DNA of 64,000 nucleotides from an uncultured delta proteobacterium (GTDB taxonomy: Bacteria > Myxococcota_A > UBA9160 > SMWR01). Below are positions 27,769 through 39,618 of the stretch, one piece after another. The translations under genes were made by a program, and so were the position numbers. The notes under the pieces were generated by a model, which was not told the DNA's origin, ran no database searches, and worked only from the letters and a program-made list of their open reading frames with translations. Within the stretch, counting starts at the first letter, position 1; the number at the start of each line of letters is the position of its first letter. The DNA lies in NCBI GenBank assembly GCA_963832165.1, contig CAWHTE010000011.1:512001-576000 (forward strand). Reading direction: 5' to 3'.

Positions 27769-28668
27769 ATGGCCCGCAAGACATCGACCGCACCGGCCCG
27801 CCGCCTGCGGCTCGGGCTGCCCAAGGGCAGCCTCCAGGCCACGACCGAGAAGCTGTTCACGCTCGCGGGCTTCGACCTGCGAATCCGCGAGCGCTCCTAC
27901 TATCCCGACATCGACGATCCCGACATCGAGTGCGTGCTGCTCCGCGCGCAGGAGATGGCGCGCTATGTGCAGCAGGGCGTGCTCGACGCCGGGATCACCG
28001 GAATCGACTGGACGCGCGAGAGCCGCGCGAGCGTGAAAGAGGTCGCCGACCTGCGCGCGCCGTGGCCCAACTACAACCCGGTGCGCTGGGTGGTGGCCGT
28101 GAAGGACGATTCGCCGATCAAGCGCCCCGCCCAGCTCGCGGGCAAGCGGATCGCCACCGAGGTGGTCAACCTCACGAAGCAGTATCTGCGCAAGCACCGC
28201 GTGAAGGCGATCGTCGAGTTCTCGTGGGGCGCCACCGAAGTGAAGCCGCCGCTGCTCGCCGACGCGATCGTCGACGTCACCGAAACCGGCTCGAGCCTGC
28301 GCGCGAACAACCTGCGCGTGATCGACACCGTGCTCGAGAGCACGCCGCGCTTCATCGCCAACCGCGAGAGCTATGCGGACGCGCGTCTGCGCGGCGTGAT
28401 CGAGCGCATCGCGCTGCTGCTGCGCGGCGCGATCACCGCCGCGGATCGCGTCGGCCTGATGATGAACGTGCCGCGCGCGCACCTCCAGGCGGTGCTCGGC
28501 GTGTTGCCCGCGCTCGGCACGCCGACCGTGTCGACGCTCGCCGACGACCGCTGGGTCGCCGTGAACACGGTGATCCAGGAGCGCGTGGTGAAGTTGCTGC
28601 TGCCGCGGCTGCGCGAAGCGGGCGCGCGCGGGATCGTCGAATATCCGCTGTCCAAGATCATCGAGTAG
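27769..28668 (+). CDS. hisG: ATP phosphoribosyltransferase, long form
   Basis: GLPKGSL, LRAQEM, DAGITG.D, SWGATEVK, DVTETGSSL, C-terminal regulatory domain. Confidence 0.95.
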   Translation: MARKTSTAPARRLRLGLPKGSLQATTEKLFTLAGFDLRIRERSYYPDIDDPDIECVLLRAQEMARYVQQGVLDAGITGIDWTRESRASVKEVADLRAPWPNYNPVRWVVAVKDDSPIKRPAQLAGKRIATEVVNLTKQYLRKHRVKAIVEFSWGATEVKPPLLADAIVDVTETGSSLRANNLRVIDTVLESTPRFIANRESYADARLRGVIERIALLLRGAITAADRVGLMMNVPRAHLQAVLGVLPALGTPTVSTLADDRWVAVNTVIQERVVKLLLPRLREAGARGIVEYPLSKIIE

Positions 28669-28670
28669 TC

Positions 28671-29216
28671 ATGAGTCGGGCGATGCGGATGGCCGCCGCC
28701 CTGCCGAACTATGCGCGGATCGCCTGGTGGGGCCTCGTGTCCCCGCGCCGCGAGCGCGCGCCACTCACCGTCCACCAGGCCGTGATCCTGGGCGCCGAGG
28801 GCGTGCTGCTCGCGCTGCGCGAGGAGCTGCGCGGCTGGGAGCTCCCGGGCGGGAGCGCGCTGCCGGGCGAGAGCGGTGAGGCGGCGCTGCGCCGCGAGGT
28901 GGAGGAGGAGACCGGCCTGGCCGTGGAGGTGGAGGCGTTCGTGGGCGAGTACTGCCGCACCGGCTTCCGCCCCCACATCGCGCGCGTCTACCGCTGCGTC
29001 GCCGTCGGCGGTGCGCTGCGCGCAAGCGCCGAGACGCCCGAGCTCGCGTGGTTCGATCCGAGCGCGCTGCCGCGCACGCTGTTCCCGTGGTTCCGCGGGC
29101 CGCTCGCGGACGCGCTCGCGGAGCTGCCCGAGCCGATTGCGATCCGCGAGCGCCAGGGATGGCGGCACGTGCTCGCGGGCATGGCGATCGATCTCCGCGC
29201 GCGCTGGCGCGGCTGA
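28671..29216 (+). CDS. NUDIX hydrolase
   Basis: WELPGG..LPGESGEAALRREVEEETGL Nudix box. Confidence 0.88.
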   Translation: MSRAMRMAAALPNYARIAWWGLVSPRRERAPLTVHQAVILGAEGVLLALREELRGWELPGGSALPGESGEAALRREVEEETGLAVEVEAFVGEYCRTGFRPHIARVYRCVAVGGALRASAETPELAWFDPSALPRTLFPWFRGPLADALAELPEPIAIRERQGWRHVLAGMAIDLRARWRG

Positions 29217-29229
29217 CGTGTGAACTACT

Positions 29230-29547
29230 TCACACCCGGTCGATGTACCGGCGGGGTACTGGTGCCCGTAGCCCCAGCGCCAGTAGGCCGGAATCCAGGG
29301 CGAGCCCTCAGCAGGATTGCCAGGTCTCGCCGGCGAACGTCCCGTCCGGCCACATCGAACAGCCGTCGGTCCGGAATCGCTCGGTCGGCTTCCCTCCCGG
29401 CTCGCCGCGCTCGGCGCAGATGTGCGCGGCAAGCTGCTCGAGCGCTGCGGTCGCCACCGGGTCGAACCGGTAGGCTTCCGCGGTGTGGTAGGTCGGAGCG
29501 CAGCCGAAGCTCGATAGCAGCGCGAGGCAGAGCACCGATCGATGCAC
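29230..29547 (-). pseudogene. Internally deleted lipoprotein of the TDGCS / PLA2-like hypothetical family
   Basis: Lipobox SFGC, then FRTDGCSMWPDG..WQSC-stop followed directly, in another frame, by the family C-terminus GSPWIPAYWRWGYG. Confidence 0.6.
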
Positions 29548-29586
29548 GTCGGCAGCATACACGTCTGATACGGAGAGGGACCGCAC

Positions 29587-31317
29587 ATGACGCCAGCGCT
29601 TCGGGTCGCACGGGTTGCGTTGCTGATGTTGTTGCTGGCGGGTTGTGCGTCCCCCTACGCGCCCCAGCGTCTCGCCACGCCCGGCGAGCTGCACGATGTG
29701 AAGTCGAAGACGATCGGCGACGTGACGGTCTCCGTCTCGATCCTGACCGACGATCAGGCCCGGCAGCATTTCGGCGCCGACCTCGCCAGCCGCGAAATAC
29801 AGGCGCTCTGGATGAGCGTCCGCAACGGCTCGGACCGCAAGCTGTGGTTCATCCGCACCGTGTTGGATCCCGATTTCTATTCGGCAGAGGAAGCAGCCCT
29901 GCTGGTGCAGGAAGACGTTTCGGGCGACAAGCGGCCGCAGCTGCACCAGCATTTACGCGACGAGTCGATCCGGGCGTTGCTATTGCCGCGGACCGTCACC
30001 GAAGGCTTCGTGTTCCTGCCCAGGGTCGAGGGCGGGCGCTACGTCGACATCCGCCTGCACGGTGACGCGTACCTCGAGAGCGATGCGCAGCGCGTGGCCG
30101 CCGCCGGTGTCACGCGCTCCCCGCGCGAGCTGCGCTTCGATTTCGCCCTTCCGCTGCCGGACGGCGACTTCGATTACGAGAAGCTCGACCCGAACAAGAC
30201 GTACCCGGGCCAACACCTGCCCAACCTGAGTGCCGATGAGCTCCGCAGGGCATTGGAGCAGCTGCGCTGTTGCGTCACCGATGCCGATGGCGAGCAAGAG
30301 GGCGATCCGCTCAATATCGCGTTCGTCGGGGAATCGTCCGACGTCCTGAACTCACTGTCGCGCAGCGGATGGTCGTTCACCCACCGCATCACGCTGCGCA
30401 CCGTCCGCCGCGAGGTGGGCGCAGCGATCAGCGGTACGCCCTATGCGGTCGCGCCCGTGAGCAGTCTCTATGTCTTCGGCCGCAAGCAGGACGTCGCGCT
30501 GCAGCGCGCGCGGCGATCGATCGCCCACCGCAACCACATGCGGCTTTGGCTCGCACCCTACCGCTTCGAGGACCGCCCGGTCTGGATCGGCCAGGTGAGC
30601 CGGGACATCGGCGTGAAGATCACGACGAAGTCGCCCACGCTGACGACGCACGTCATCGACCCCCAGGTCGACACGACCCGCGAGTACCTGCTGCACAGCC
30701 TGATGGGGGCGGGCTTCGTCGACCGGTTCGCGTTCGTGAAGGGCAGCGCAGCCGCATCGCCATCGCAGCCGCACTACAACCTGACCGGCGATCCGTACCA
30801 CAGCGACGGCATGCGGCTCCTGATCCTGCTCGCGCCGCAGCCGATTGCGCCCGACGAGATCCGCAGCCTGCGCTGGGAGGAGTCAGCGCCTCCGATCGCC
30901 GAGGGGCAGAGCGAGGCGGCGCAACGGAACGTGCGCCCGATCGAACGGGCGGAGATCAGGCCGCCTGGGCGGCGTCCGCCTGCGCGACGACGACCTGGTA
31001 GTCGGGTCCTTGCGCAGCTTCCAGATGAAGCGATTCAGCGGGGGATCGGAAGCTCGAAGCCGAGCCGATCCCCCGCGGTCGCGGCGGGCCGCGACACTCC
31101 GCGGAGCCGTTCGTTGCGCACCGCATCGATCTTCGCGATCAGTGTCTTCACCTGTTCCTCGTTGGGATCGAGCGCGACCACCCTATCCAAATCGTCTAGC
31201 GCGCGCTCCAGTCTCGGTCCGGGGTCATCGCCCGACTCCGCCAGCTCCAGTTCGAGCCGCGCGCACGATAGCCACGCGTTTGCCGGTGCCCCGCGCACCC
31301 CGGTCGCCTTGCGGTAG
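29587..31317 (+). CDS. Lipoprotein with LssY C-terminal domain; true 3' end probably near 30960
   Basis: Lipobox LAGC, GDPLNI, LYVFGRKQDVALQ, RNHMRLW, WIGQVSRDIG, THVIDPQVD; the tail overlaps an opposite-strand remnant. Confidence 0.78.
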   Translation: MTPALRVARVALLMLLLAGCASPYAPQRLATPGELHDVKSKTIGDVTVSVSILTDDQARQHFGADLASREIQALWMSVRNGSDRKLWFIRTVLDPDFYSAEEAALLVQEDVSGDKRPQLHQHLRDESIRALLLPRTVTEGFVFLPRVEGGRYVDIRLHGDAYLESDAQRVAAAGVTRSPRELRFDFALPLPDGDFDYEKLDPNKTYPGQHLPNLSADELRRALEQLRCCVTDADGEQEGDPLNIAFVGESSDVLNSLSRSGWSFTHRITLRTVRREVGAAISGTPYAVAPVSSLYVFGRKQDVALQRARRSIAHRNHMRLWLAPYRFEDRPVWIGQVSRDIGVKITTKSPTLTTHVIDPQVDTTREYLLHSLMGAGFVDRFAFVKGSAAASPSQPHYNLTGDPYHSDGMRLLILLAPQPIAPDEIRSLRWEESAPPIAEGQSEAAQRNVRPIERAEIRPPGRRPPARRRPGSRVLAQLPDEAIQRGIGSSKPSRSPAVAAGRDTPRSRSLRTASIFAISVFTCSSLGSSATTLSKSSSARSSLGPGSSPDSASSSSSRAHDSHAFAGAPRTPVALR

Positions 31318-32772
31318 GCCGCCAGGGCCGCTGAGAAGTCCCCCCGTCGGTGATGCAGGCGTCCTAGCGCACTCCAAGCCGCGGCCGTCGGATGCTGCTC
31401 GACGCTCCGCCGGTAGTGGGCGATGGCGTCGTCATCGAGCAGGTCGCGCTCGCTGGCGCGGCCGGCGGAGAACTCGAACGCCCACGCCGGCTCGCGCCCG
31501 ACCGAGCGCAACCGCCGCGTACCGCGAGGTCGATCTGCTCGGGTCTGATCTCCTGGATCGCGACGTCTCGTGATGCCCACGAGCGGAACGATCAACGAGA
31601 GCATCGCTGTCCCCCAGGCGAGCCGTTCGGAGCCGGATCGCCCCCGGCGCTCGATTGCAGCGGGGACCTCGCTCGGCGCGGTAGCGCGGCGCAGATGAGC
31701 ACCCCGGCGATCGATTGATCGCGCAGCTTCCAGATCGCGCCGTCCAGAATGAAGTGGTGGATGTTGACCACCGAGAAGACCAGCAGGGAGAGGCCTCCGT
31801 CCCACGAGATCTCACCGAGCAGTCCCGGCGCAAATAACAGTCCCGGCAGAACCGGTGACGCTACCGCCCGCGATCAGGGATTTGAGCAGGAACGGACCGG
31901 CGTGCTCGTGCGGCGCCGAGCGCTTCGCGTAATAGGCGGTGATCCACAGATACTGCGCCGAGTGCGCCGTGGAGACCGACACCGCCGTGAACGGAAGCAG
32001 CCCTTCCGGGTTGCTCAGCGCCAGAACGGGGACCACGTACCAGAGCGCCTGCGTCGCGACCAGCATCCACGCCGGCAGCCGATCCGCGAAGGAGCCCTGT
32101 CCGGCGCAGCCGCCGCGCGGCCGCCACGAGACAGATGATGTAGGCGACCGCGGTGATCGCGATCAGCAGCAGGGGCAGGGGAATGTCGAGCGCGAGCAGT
32201 CTCGGCGCACCAGCCATATCTACCGTTGGCGGTGTCACGCTGTACTGGCCCGCGCGTGTGTGGATCGCGAGAATCGCGAGCACCGCCGACAGCGTGAACG
32301 AGAGCGACAGCAGCCGTTTCGCGGCGGCGTCAACCTCGACGCCGCGCCGGCGCAGGAACATCAGCGCGATGCCGTAGTTCTGGCCGGCAAAGTGGTACGG
32401 GCTCCACGTGAGGTAGAACGTGATCAGGATCGAGGCCACCCACCAGCTGTGGGAGCCGACGGCGAGCGCGAGGACCAGGGCGAGCGTCGCATGGAGCGTG
32501 AACCACCGGTACTTTGCGCGATCGGTGGGGTTGGCGTACGCGCGCAGAATGGTCGCGCCATAGTGCGGGGCGTTGATCAGCAAGGCCATCGCGGTGACCG
32601 CGCCGAGCGGCCAGGCTCGAACATCGTTCGCGAGTGCGTAGATCAGCAGCACCGGGAGGAGCGCGATGTATCCGAGACCGCAGCCGACCCACAGGTCCAG
32701 CCCGCGCCCAAACAACCAGCGGTCAGACCGAGCAGCAACAGGAGCCGTGCCAGTAGAGTAAGCGGGTTGCAA
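31035..32772 (-). pseudogene. Multi-His polytopic membrane protein with C-terminal TPR domain, multiply frameshifted
   Basis: NAPHYGAT, WSPYHFAGQNYG, HSAQYLWIT and NIHHFILDGAIWKLRD spread over three frames; TPR-like helices at 31035-31450. Confidence 0.68.
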
Positions 32773-32855
32773 AGCAGCTCAATTCTATCGTAGGCGGCAG
32801 ACCCCGAGTTGAACCGGACCTGGGTCCCGGCCGAGCGATCGCCCGCGAGTGCCCG

Positions 32856-32883
32856 CAGCTCGCCCGCCGAGAGCGGGCAGCTG
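32856..32883. terminator. GC-rich hairpin downstream of the zinc-ribbon gene (no U-tract)
   Basis: CAGCT-c-GCCCGC-cgaga-GCGGGC-AGCTG. Confidence 0.3.
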
Positions 32884-32982
32884 GGAGCACGAGAACACGA
32901 TCAGCGAGAAGCTGAAAGTGGCTCTCGGCTGACGGAGCGGATTCTCGCCGCGCTAGCTCCAGGCGTTCGTCACGCCGTCCCG

Positions 32983-33480
32983 CTAGCGCTGACCCTCGCG
33001 CAGTCCGCTGGCTTCCCACTCGCGCGAGAGCTGCTCGAGCTTGCGCGAGAACTCGTCGAACGACTCGTCGAACGACAGGATGATCTCGGTGGTGCGCGGG
33101 ATGTCGTCGCCGTTGAGCAGGCCGCGGTAGCGGTTCAGGTTGGCGAGGATTGCTTCGGCCACCTTGAGGGCTCGCTTCTCCGTCTTGATCAGGGGCGATT
33201 GCAGCGTGTAGACGTTGTTTCGACCCCAGAGGCTCTCATCGCGGACGATCGCGATCTCGCGGTACACGCTGTTGATCGGATCGAAATTGTACTCGACACG
33301 GACCTCCTTGAAGATGTCCGTGTTGCCCGTGTAGAACCCGCGCTCCTTCTCGACCTTGCCGAGCTGACGGCAGCGCGGGCAATAGAAGGTGTCGCCGTGG
33401 TTCAAGAGGAAGACGCCCTTGGCGTAGTCCTCGCAGTCCGTGTTCTCGCAGTACCCGACGCCTCGTTTCATGCTCGCCAT
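32983..33480 (-). CDS. Hypothetical protein with N-terminal zinc ribbon
   Basis: CENTDC-x17-CPRC; strongly biased codons; GAGG before the start; family not recognised. Confidence 0.85.
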   Translation of the reverse strand: MASMKRGVGYCENTDCEDYAKGVFLLNHGDTFYCPRCRQLGKVEKERGFYTGNTDIFKEVRVEYNFDPINSVYREIAIVRDESLWGRNNVYTLQSPLIKTEKRALKVAEAILANLNRYRGLLNGDDIPRTTEIILSFDESFDEFSRKLEQLSREWEASGLREGQR

Positions 33481-33556
33481 CCTCGCCTCGGGTGCCTCCC
33501 GGGCCCTATTGCCTTTCGAACACCCCGACCCCCGGGCCGGATTGGGGGAAGGGTCG

Positions 33557-33573
33557 TTTCAAGGCTCGTGCCG
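33557..33573 (-). promoter_or_regulatory. Sigma54-like promoter (variant -12)
   Basis: CGGCACG-AGCC-TTGAAA about 80 bp upstream of the start codon. Confidence 0.5.
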
Positions 33574-33874
33574 AAGCCGGCGGCTGTGCCTCGGTATCGC
33601 GCTGAACTAGAGGCGGCGGAACCCTTTGGGTCACACCCCTGCGCGGGAGTTGCGTGCGGATCCAGCGGTGGCCGAGAGCGAGCTAGGAAGCCACCTGACG
33701 CAAGTGGGAAGTGTTCTACCGCGAGTCGCGGCCCCTAGGGCCTGGGCGCGAAGTTTTTTTCGCAGTGGGCACACGCTTCCCCTCAGGGGGTTGGGGTTGC
33801 GGTCGCCTCCATAGTCGATGCCGGGGGTAAACCGTGCCGTGCTCGAGACAACGAGCCCAACACCAAGCTAGTGG

Positions 33875-33904
33875 TTATTACTTCCGGAGACCCCGGATTG
33901 TCAA
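33875..33904 (-). promoter_or_regulatory. Sigma70-like promoter
   Basis: Perfect TTGACA (33904-33899) followed by AGTAAT or TAATAA after 16-18 nt. Confidence 0.45.
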
Positions 33905-33961
33905 CCATGATTTGGCCCGATCCGTGTGTAGTTGCTTTGCCGATGCCGGGTAGGGCGCGGG

Positions 33962-34630
33962 TCACTCGTCGAGTACGTATTCGAAGCCCACGAAGCCCAG
34001 GATCAGGTAGGCCGCATCGGTCACGATCAGGAGCTGGATCGGCTCGAAAGGCACGGTGGGAGCCCCCGCCAGGAGCGCCCCGGTCGCGCGTACGGCCCCT
34101 GAAATCACGGGTACGAGCAGCGGCAGCAGCAGGAGCGGCAGCATCACCTCGCGGAAGCGGGTGCGGACTGCGATCGCCCCGAACAGCGTGCCCGCGCTGC
34201 ACAAGCCGATCGATCCGAGCGCGATCACGCCCGCGAGCGGCAGCGCCACCGGACGCCAGTCGGCGTTGAAGAAGAGCGCGAAGATCACCGCGACAAGTGC
34301 CTGTACTACCCCGAGGATCAGGAGATTCGCTGCGGCCTTGCCCAGGAACACCCAGCCGCGGTCGGCCGGCGCGAGCGCGAGCGCGGAGAGCGCGTCGTTC
34401 TCGAGCTCGAGCGCGAAGGCGCGCCCGAGCCCCAGCAGCGCCGCGAACACGTAGGTGATCCAGAGCAGCGCGGGCACCAGCGCGTGCGAGCGTTCGCTCG
34501 CGCCCTCGGGTAGCGCGAACTGGAACACGGCCACGACGAGCATCGCGAACAGGCCCATCGCGACCGCGCGGTCTCGGCTGCGCCACTCCGTGACGAGATC
34601 CTTCCAGAGGATCGCGAAGAAGACGTTCAC
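33962..34630 (-). CDS. ccmB: Heme exporter protein B
   Basis: ILWKDL..EWR, LGRAFALELEN..L..L.LAP, LGKA, REVMLPLLLLPLLVPV. Confidence 0.92.
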   Translation of the reverse strand: MNVFFAILWKDLVTEWRSRDRAVAMGLFAMLVVAVFQFALPEGASERSHALVPALLWITYVFAALLGLGRAFALELENDALSALALAPADRGWVFLGKAAANLLILGVVQALVAVIFALFFNADWRPVALPLAGVIALGSIGLCSAGTLFGAIAVRTRFREVMLPLLLLPLLVPVISGAVRATGALLAGAPTVPFEPIQLLIVTDAAYLILGFVGFEYVLDE

Positions 34631-35340
34631 GCGGCGCGCTCCGGCCGCTCGAGCGCGTCCGCGAGGGCCCGCTCGAGCTCGTCGCCGTGTGCGCCGATCG
34701 GGCCGCGCCAGACCCCACGGCCCGCGGACAACACGAGCGCCTCGTCCGCGAGCTCGCGCACGTGCTCGAGCGTGTGGGTCACGAGTACCGACGTGTGGCC
34801 GTGCGCGCGCAGCTCGGCCAGGCGCGCGGCGAGGCGCTGCGCGGCGCCGCGGTCGAGCCCCGTGAAGGGCTCGTCGAGCAGCACGAGCGCGGGCGCGTGG
34901 ATCAGCGCGCGCGCGATCGCTGCGCGCTGCGCCTGGCCGCGCGAGAGGTCGCCTGCGCGCCGATCCGCGATCGCCTCGAGGCCCTCGCTCGCGATCTGGG
35001 CGGCCGCGCGCTCGCGCGGCGCGGCGACCCCGTACAGACGCCCCGCGAAGATCAGGTTCTCGCGCACGGTGAGGGTCGGCGAGAGCAGCGTCGCGTGGCC
35101 GAGATAGCCGAGTGCGGCGCGCGCGCGGCGGTCGGTCGGGGGCCTGCCGTCGATCTCGATCCGGCCCGCACTGGGGCGCGCGAGCCCCGCGAGCAGGCGC
35201 AGCAGCGTGGACTTGCCCGCGCCGTTCGGTCCGACCACGGCGAGGCTCGCGCCCGCGGCGAGGTCGAGGTCGAGTCCTTCGAGCGCGGGCGCTCCCGCGA
35301 AGCGCTTCGTGACGCTGCGCGCGGCGATCGCGGCGCCCAT
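34627..35340 (-). CDS. ccmA: Heme ABC exporter ATP-binding protein
   Basis: GPNGAGKST, YLGH, LSRGQAQR, LLDEPFTGLD; coupled to ccmB. Confidence 0.88.
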   Translation of the reverse strand: MGAAIAARSVTKRFAGAPALEGLDLDLAAGASLAVVGPNGAGKSTLLRLLAGLARPSAGRIEIDGRPPTDRRARAALGYLGHATLLSPTLTVRENLIFAGRLYGVAAPRERAAAQIASEGLEAIADRRAGDLSRGQAQRAAIARALIHAPALVLLDEPFTGLDRGAAQRLAARLAELRAHGHTSVLVTHTLEHVRELADEALVLSAGRGVWRGPIGAHGDELERALADALERPERAA

Positions 35341-35368
35341 CACTGATGGTTTCGCTCGCCTGCGGCGC

Positions 35369-37136
35369 TCAGAGCTTCCTCCCGCACTGCGCGCAGAACA
35401 CGTCGCTCGCTCGCAGCGCCGCTCCGCATGCGGCGCAGAACGACGGCGTCGCGCTTCACCTCGGGCGTCCGCGGTGTGTCGAGCAGGAGCTCCGCGGCGC
35501 GCGCGCGCAGCGCGGTGCGCATCGCGGCGTGGTCCTCGGGCGAGACCTTCCCGGTCTCGAGATCCTCGTCGAGCACCTCGAGCGAGCTCAGGATCGCATT
35601 GCGCTCGATCGTGGCGACCTCCGCCTCGGCGGACACGCGCGGTTCGCCCGCGCGGTTGCGCAGCGGCGCGAGCAGGAAGCCGAACGCGGCGAGACCCGCG
35701 AGCAGCGCAAAGCCCGCGCCCGCGGCGCGGCCGCCCGCTGCGACGGGCGGGGTGCGGCGCAGTCCGAGCTCGATCACCTCGCCGGGTGCAATCGTGAACG
35801 CCTCGAGGTGCAGATAGTTGCGATCGGAGACGCGCGCGCTCTTGCGCCGGTGCAGGCGCGTCGTGTCGGTGATCACGCCGTTGTCGGCCACGAGCACCGA
35901 GAGAATCGGCAGATCGCGGTCGAAGCTCTGCTCGAGCTTCACACCTGCGCTCGTGGCGGGCAGTCGGTACGAGACCGCGAGCTGCGAGACGCCGAGCGGC
36001 AGCGGGCCGTGGATCGCGAGGTCGCCCGAGGGATCGCGGCGCAGCCCGGCTTCGAACATCTCGGACGAGAAGCGCAGCTCGCCGGCGTCGGGCGGCAGCG
36101 GCAGGCACACGAGCGGAGCGGCGGTCGAGACGAGCGGAGCGTTGTCTCCTCCTTCCGCGACCACCTCGATCCGCGCGTCGACCTCGAGCGAGGCGTCGTC
36201 GAGCTCGAGCCAGAGCTCCGCGCGCGTGGTGCGCACGCTGTGCCAGCGGAACCGTCTTCAGATCGACCGCGAGCGCGAGCGATCCGCCCGCGGCGATCGG
36301 CGTGCCGCGCAGGACCGCGTAGCGCTGACCCTCGATCGCGCGCTCGGGCGCGCTGCGCAGCGCGTCGGAGGCCACCGAGAGCACCTGCGCGGGCGCGAGC
36401 ACGCTCACGGGCGGCGCTCCGGACGGGAATCCGACCGCGAACGAGGACGTCGCGAGCGGGAGTCCGTAGCCGAACTCGATCGACTGCTCGCCCGGATGGA
36501 GCGGTCCGAAGAAGCGCACGCGGCGTCCGTCGCGCACGAGCCCGTCGCCGCCCGCGATCGCCTCGAATCCGTCCGCTTCCGCGGGCAGCTCCACCTCGAA
36601 GATCGGGGCCGCGCTCGCGCGCTGCGACTCGGGGACGAACACCACGCGATCGCCGCGGTTGGTGATCTCGTGCCGGTGGAGCACGCGCAGGTGCGTGCAG
36701 CCGCGCTCGACGCGGATCTCGAGCTCGCCCGCGGCAGCGCGGCTCGCATCCGCGGTCGGATCGGAGATCGCGAGCTCGACGCGGTGCTCGCGCTTGCCGG
36801 CCGCGAAGCTGAAGCGCGTGCCGAACGGCACGTCGCCCACGCGCGCGCCCACGAGGTAGACCACGTCGGGCGCGTTCGAGACGCCCTCGAAGCGGAAGCG
36901 CCCGTCGGCGTCGGTGCGGCCCACGCGCAGGCCCGCGCTGCCGTCCCCGGAGCGCGCGTAGAGCAGCATGTCGATCTGCGCGGCCGCGGCCGGCCGCGTC
37001 GCGTGCACGAGGCGGCCCGTCACGACCGCGGGGCCGGCCGGAACGTCGGGGTGGCCCTGCTGCGCCTGCGCGAGCGCGGCCGCCGCGACGAACAGCAGGA
37101 GCGCCGCGGCCGCGAGCGCCGCGAATGCACGCGCGT

Positions 37137-37140
<4 letters not shown>
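35369..37140 (-). CDS. Ccm-associated exported membrane-anchored protein with CcmI-like helix and zinc ribbon; frameshifts near 36240 and 35450
   Basis: Signal peptide, RTDADGRFRF domain, duplicated ~150-aa module, transmembrane helix, LDEDLETGKVSPEDH, FCAACG..FCAQCGRKL*. Confidence 0.65.
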
Positions 37141-39090
<1,950 letters not shown>

Positions 39091-39117
39091 GCGTTCCTCG
39101 CTGAGCCGTGCGCTCGG

Positions 39118-39585
39118 CTAGCTGTTCTTCGCGGGCAGATCCGGCGCCGATCCCGGCGCCTGGCCCTCGAATTTGGACGGGCACTTCGCCATCACCTTGT
39201 CGGCGTGGAAGCGCGCGTGTGACCCATCCTGGAAGAGGCGCCCCTCGAGCACCACCTCGGCGCCCTCCTTGAACAGGTCCGGGGTCTCCAGGCTCGCGAA
39301 CAGCACGGGCATCGCCGCGCCGGCGCTGCCGCCCGCGTGCGGCGGCGTGCTCTGCACCGCGAAGCGCACGCTGCGCGCGGCCACGTCGCGCTCGATCGAT
39401 CCGGTCGCCACGTAGCCGTGCACGCGCGCGTGGCGCCCGGAGCTCGCGTCGGGCGAGCTCACGAACTCGTCGAGCGTCTGGTAGTAGGCGAACGTCGCGC
39501 CTTCCTCGAAGTTGGTGGCCGCGTACCAGCCCAGCAGCAGCGCGATCAGCGTCGCGCCGGCGGCCACCTGAAAACCCTTCGACAT
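39118..39585 (-). CDS. ccmE: Heme chaperone CcmE, Cys-type variant
   Basis: N-terminal transmembrane helix, PDLFKEGAEVVLEG, MAKCPSKF. Confidence 0.9.
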   Translation of the reverse strand: MSKGFQVAAGATLIALLLGWYAATNFEEGATFAYYQTLDEFVSSPDASSGRHARVHGYVATGSIERDVAARSVRFAVQSTPPHAGGSAGAAMPVLFASLETPDLFKEGAEVVLEGRLFQDGSHARFHADKVMAKCPSKFEGQAPGSAPDLPAKNS

Positions 39586-39618
39586 GGCCGCAGGTTATCC
39601 AATGGGCTACCCGGAGGC

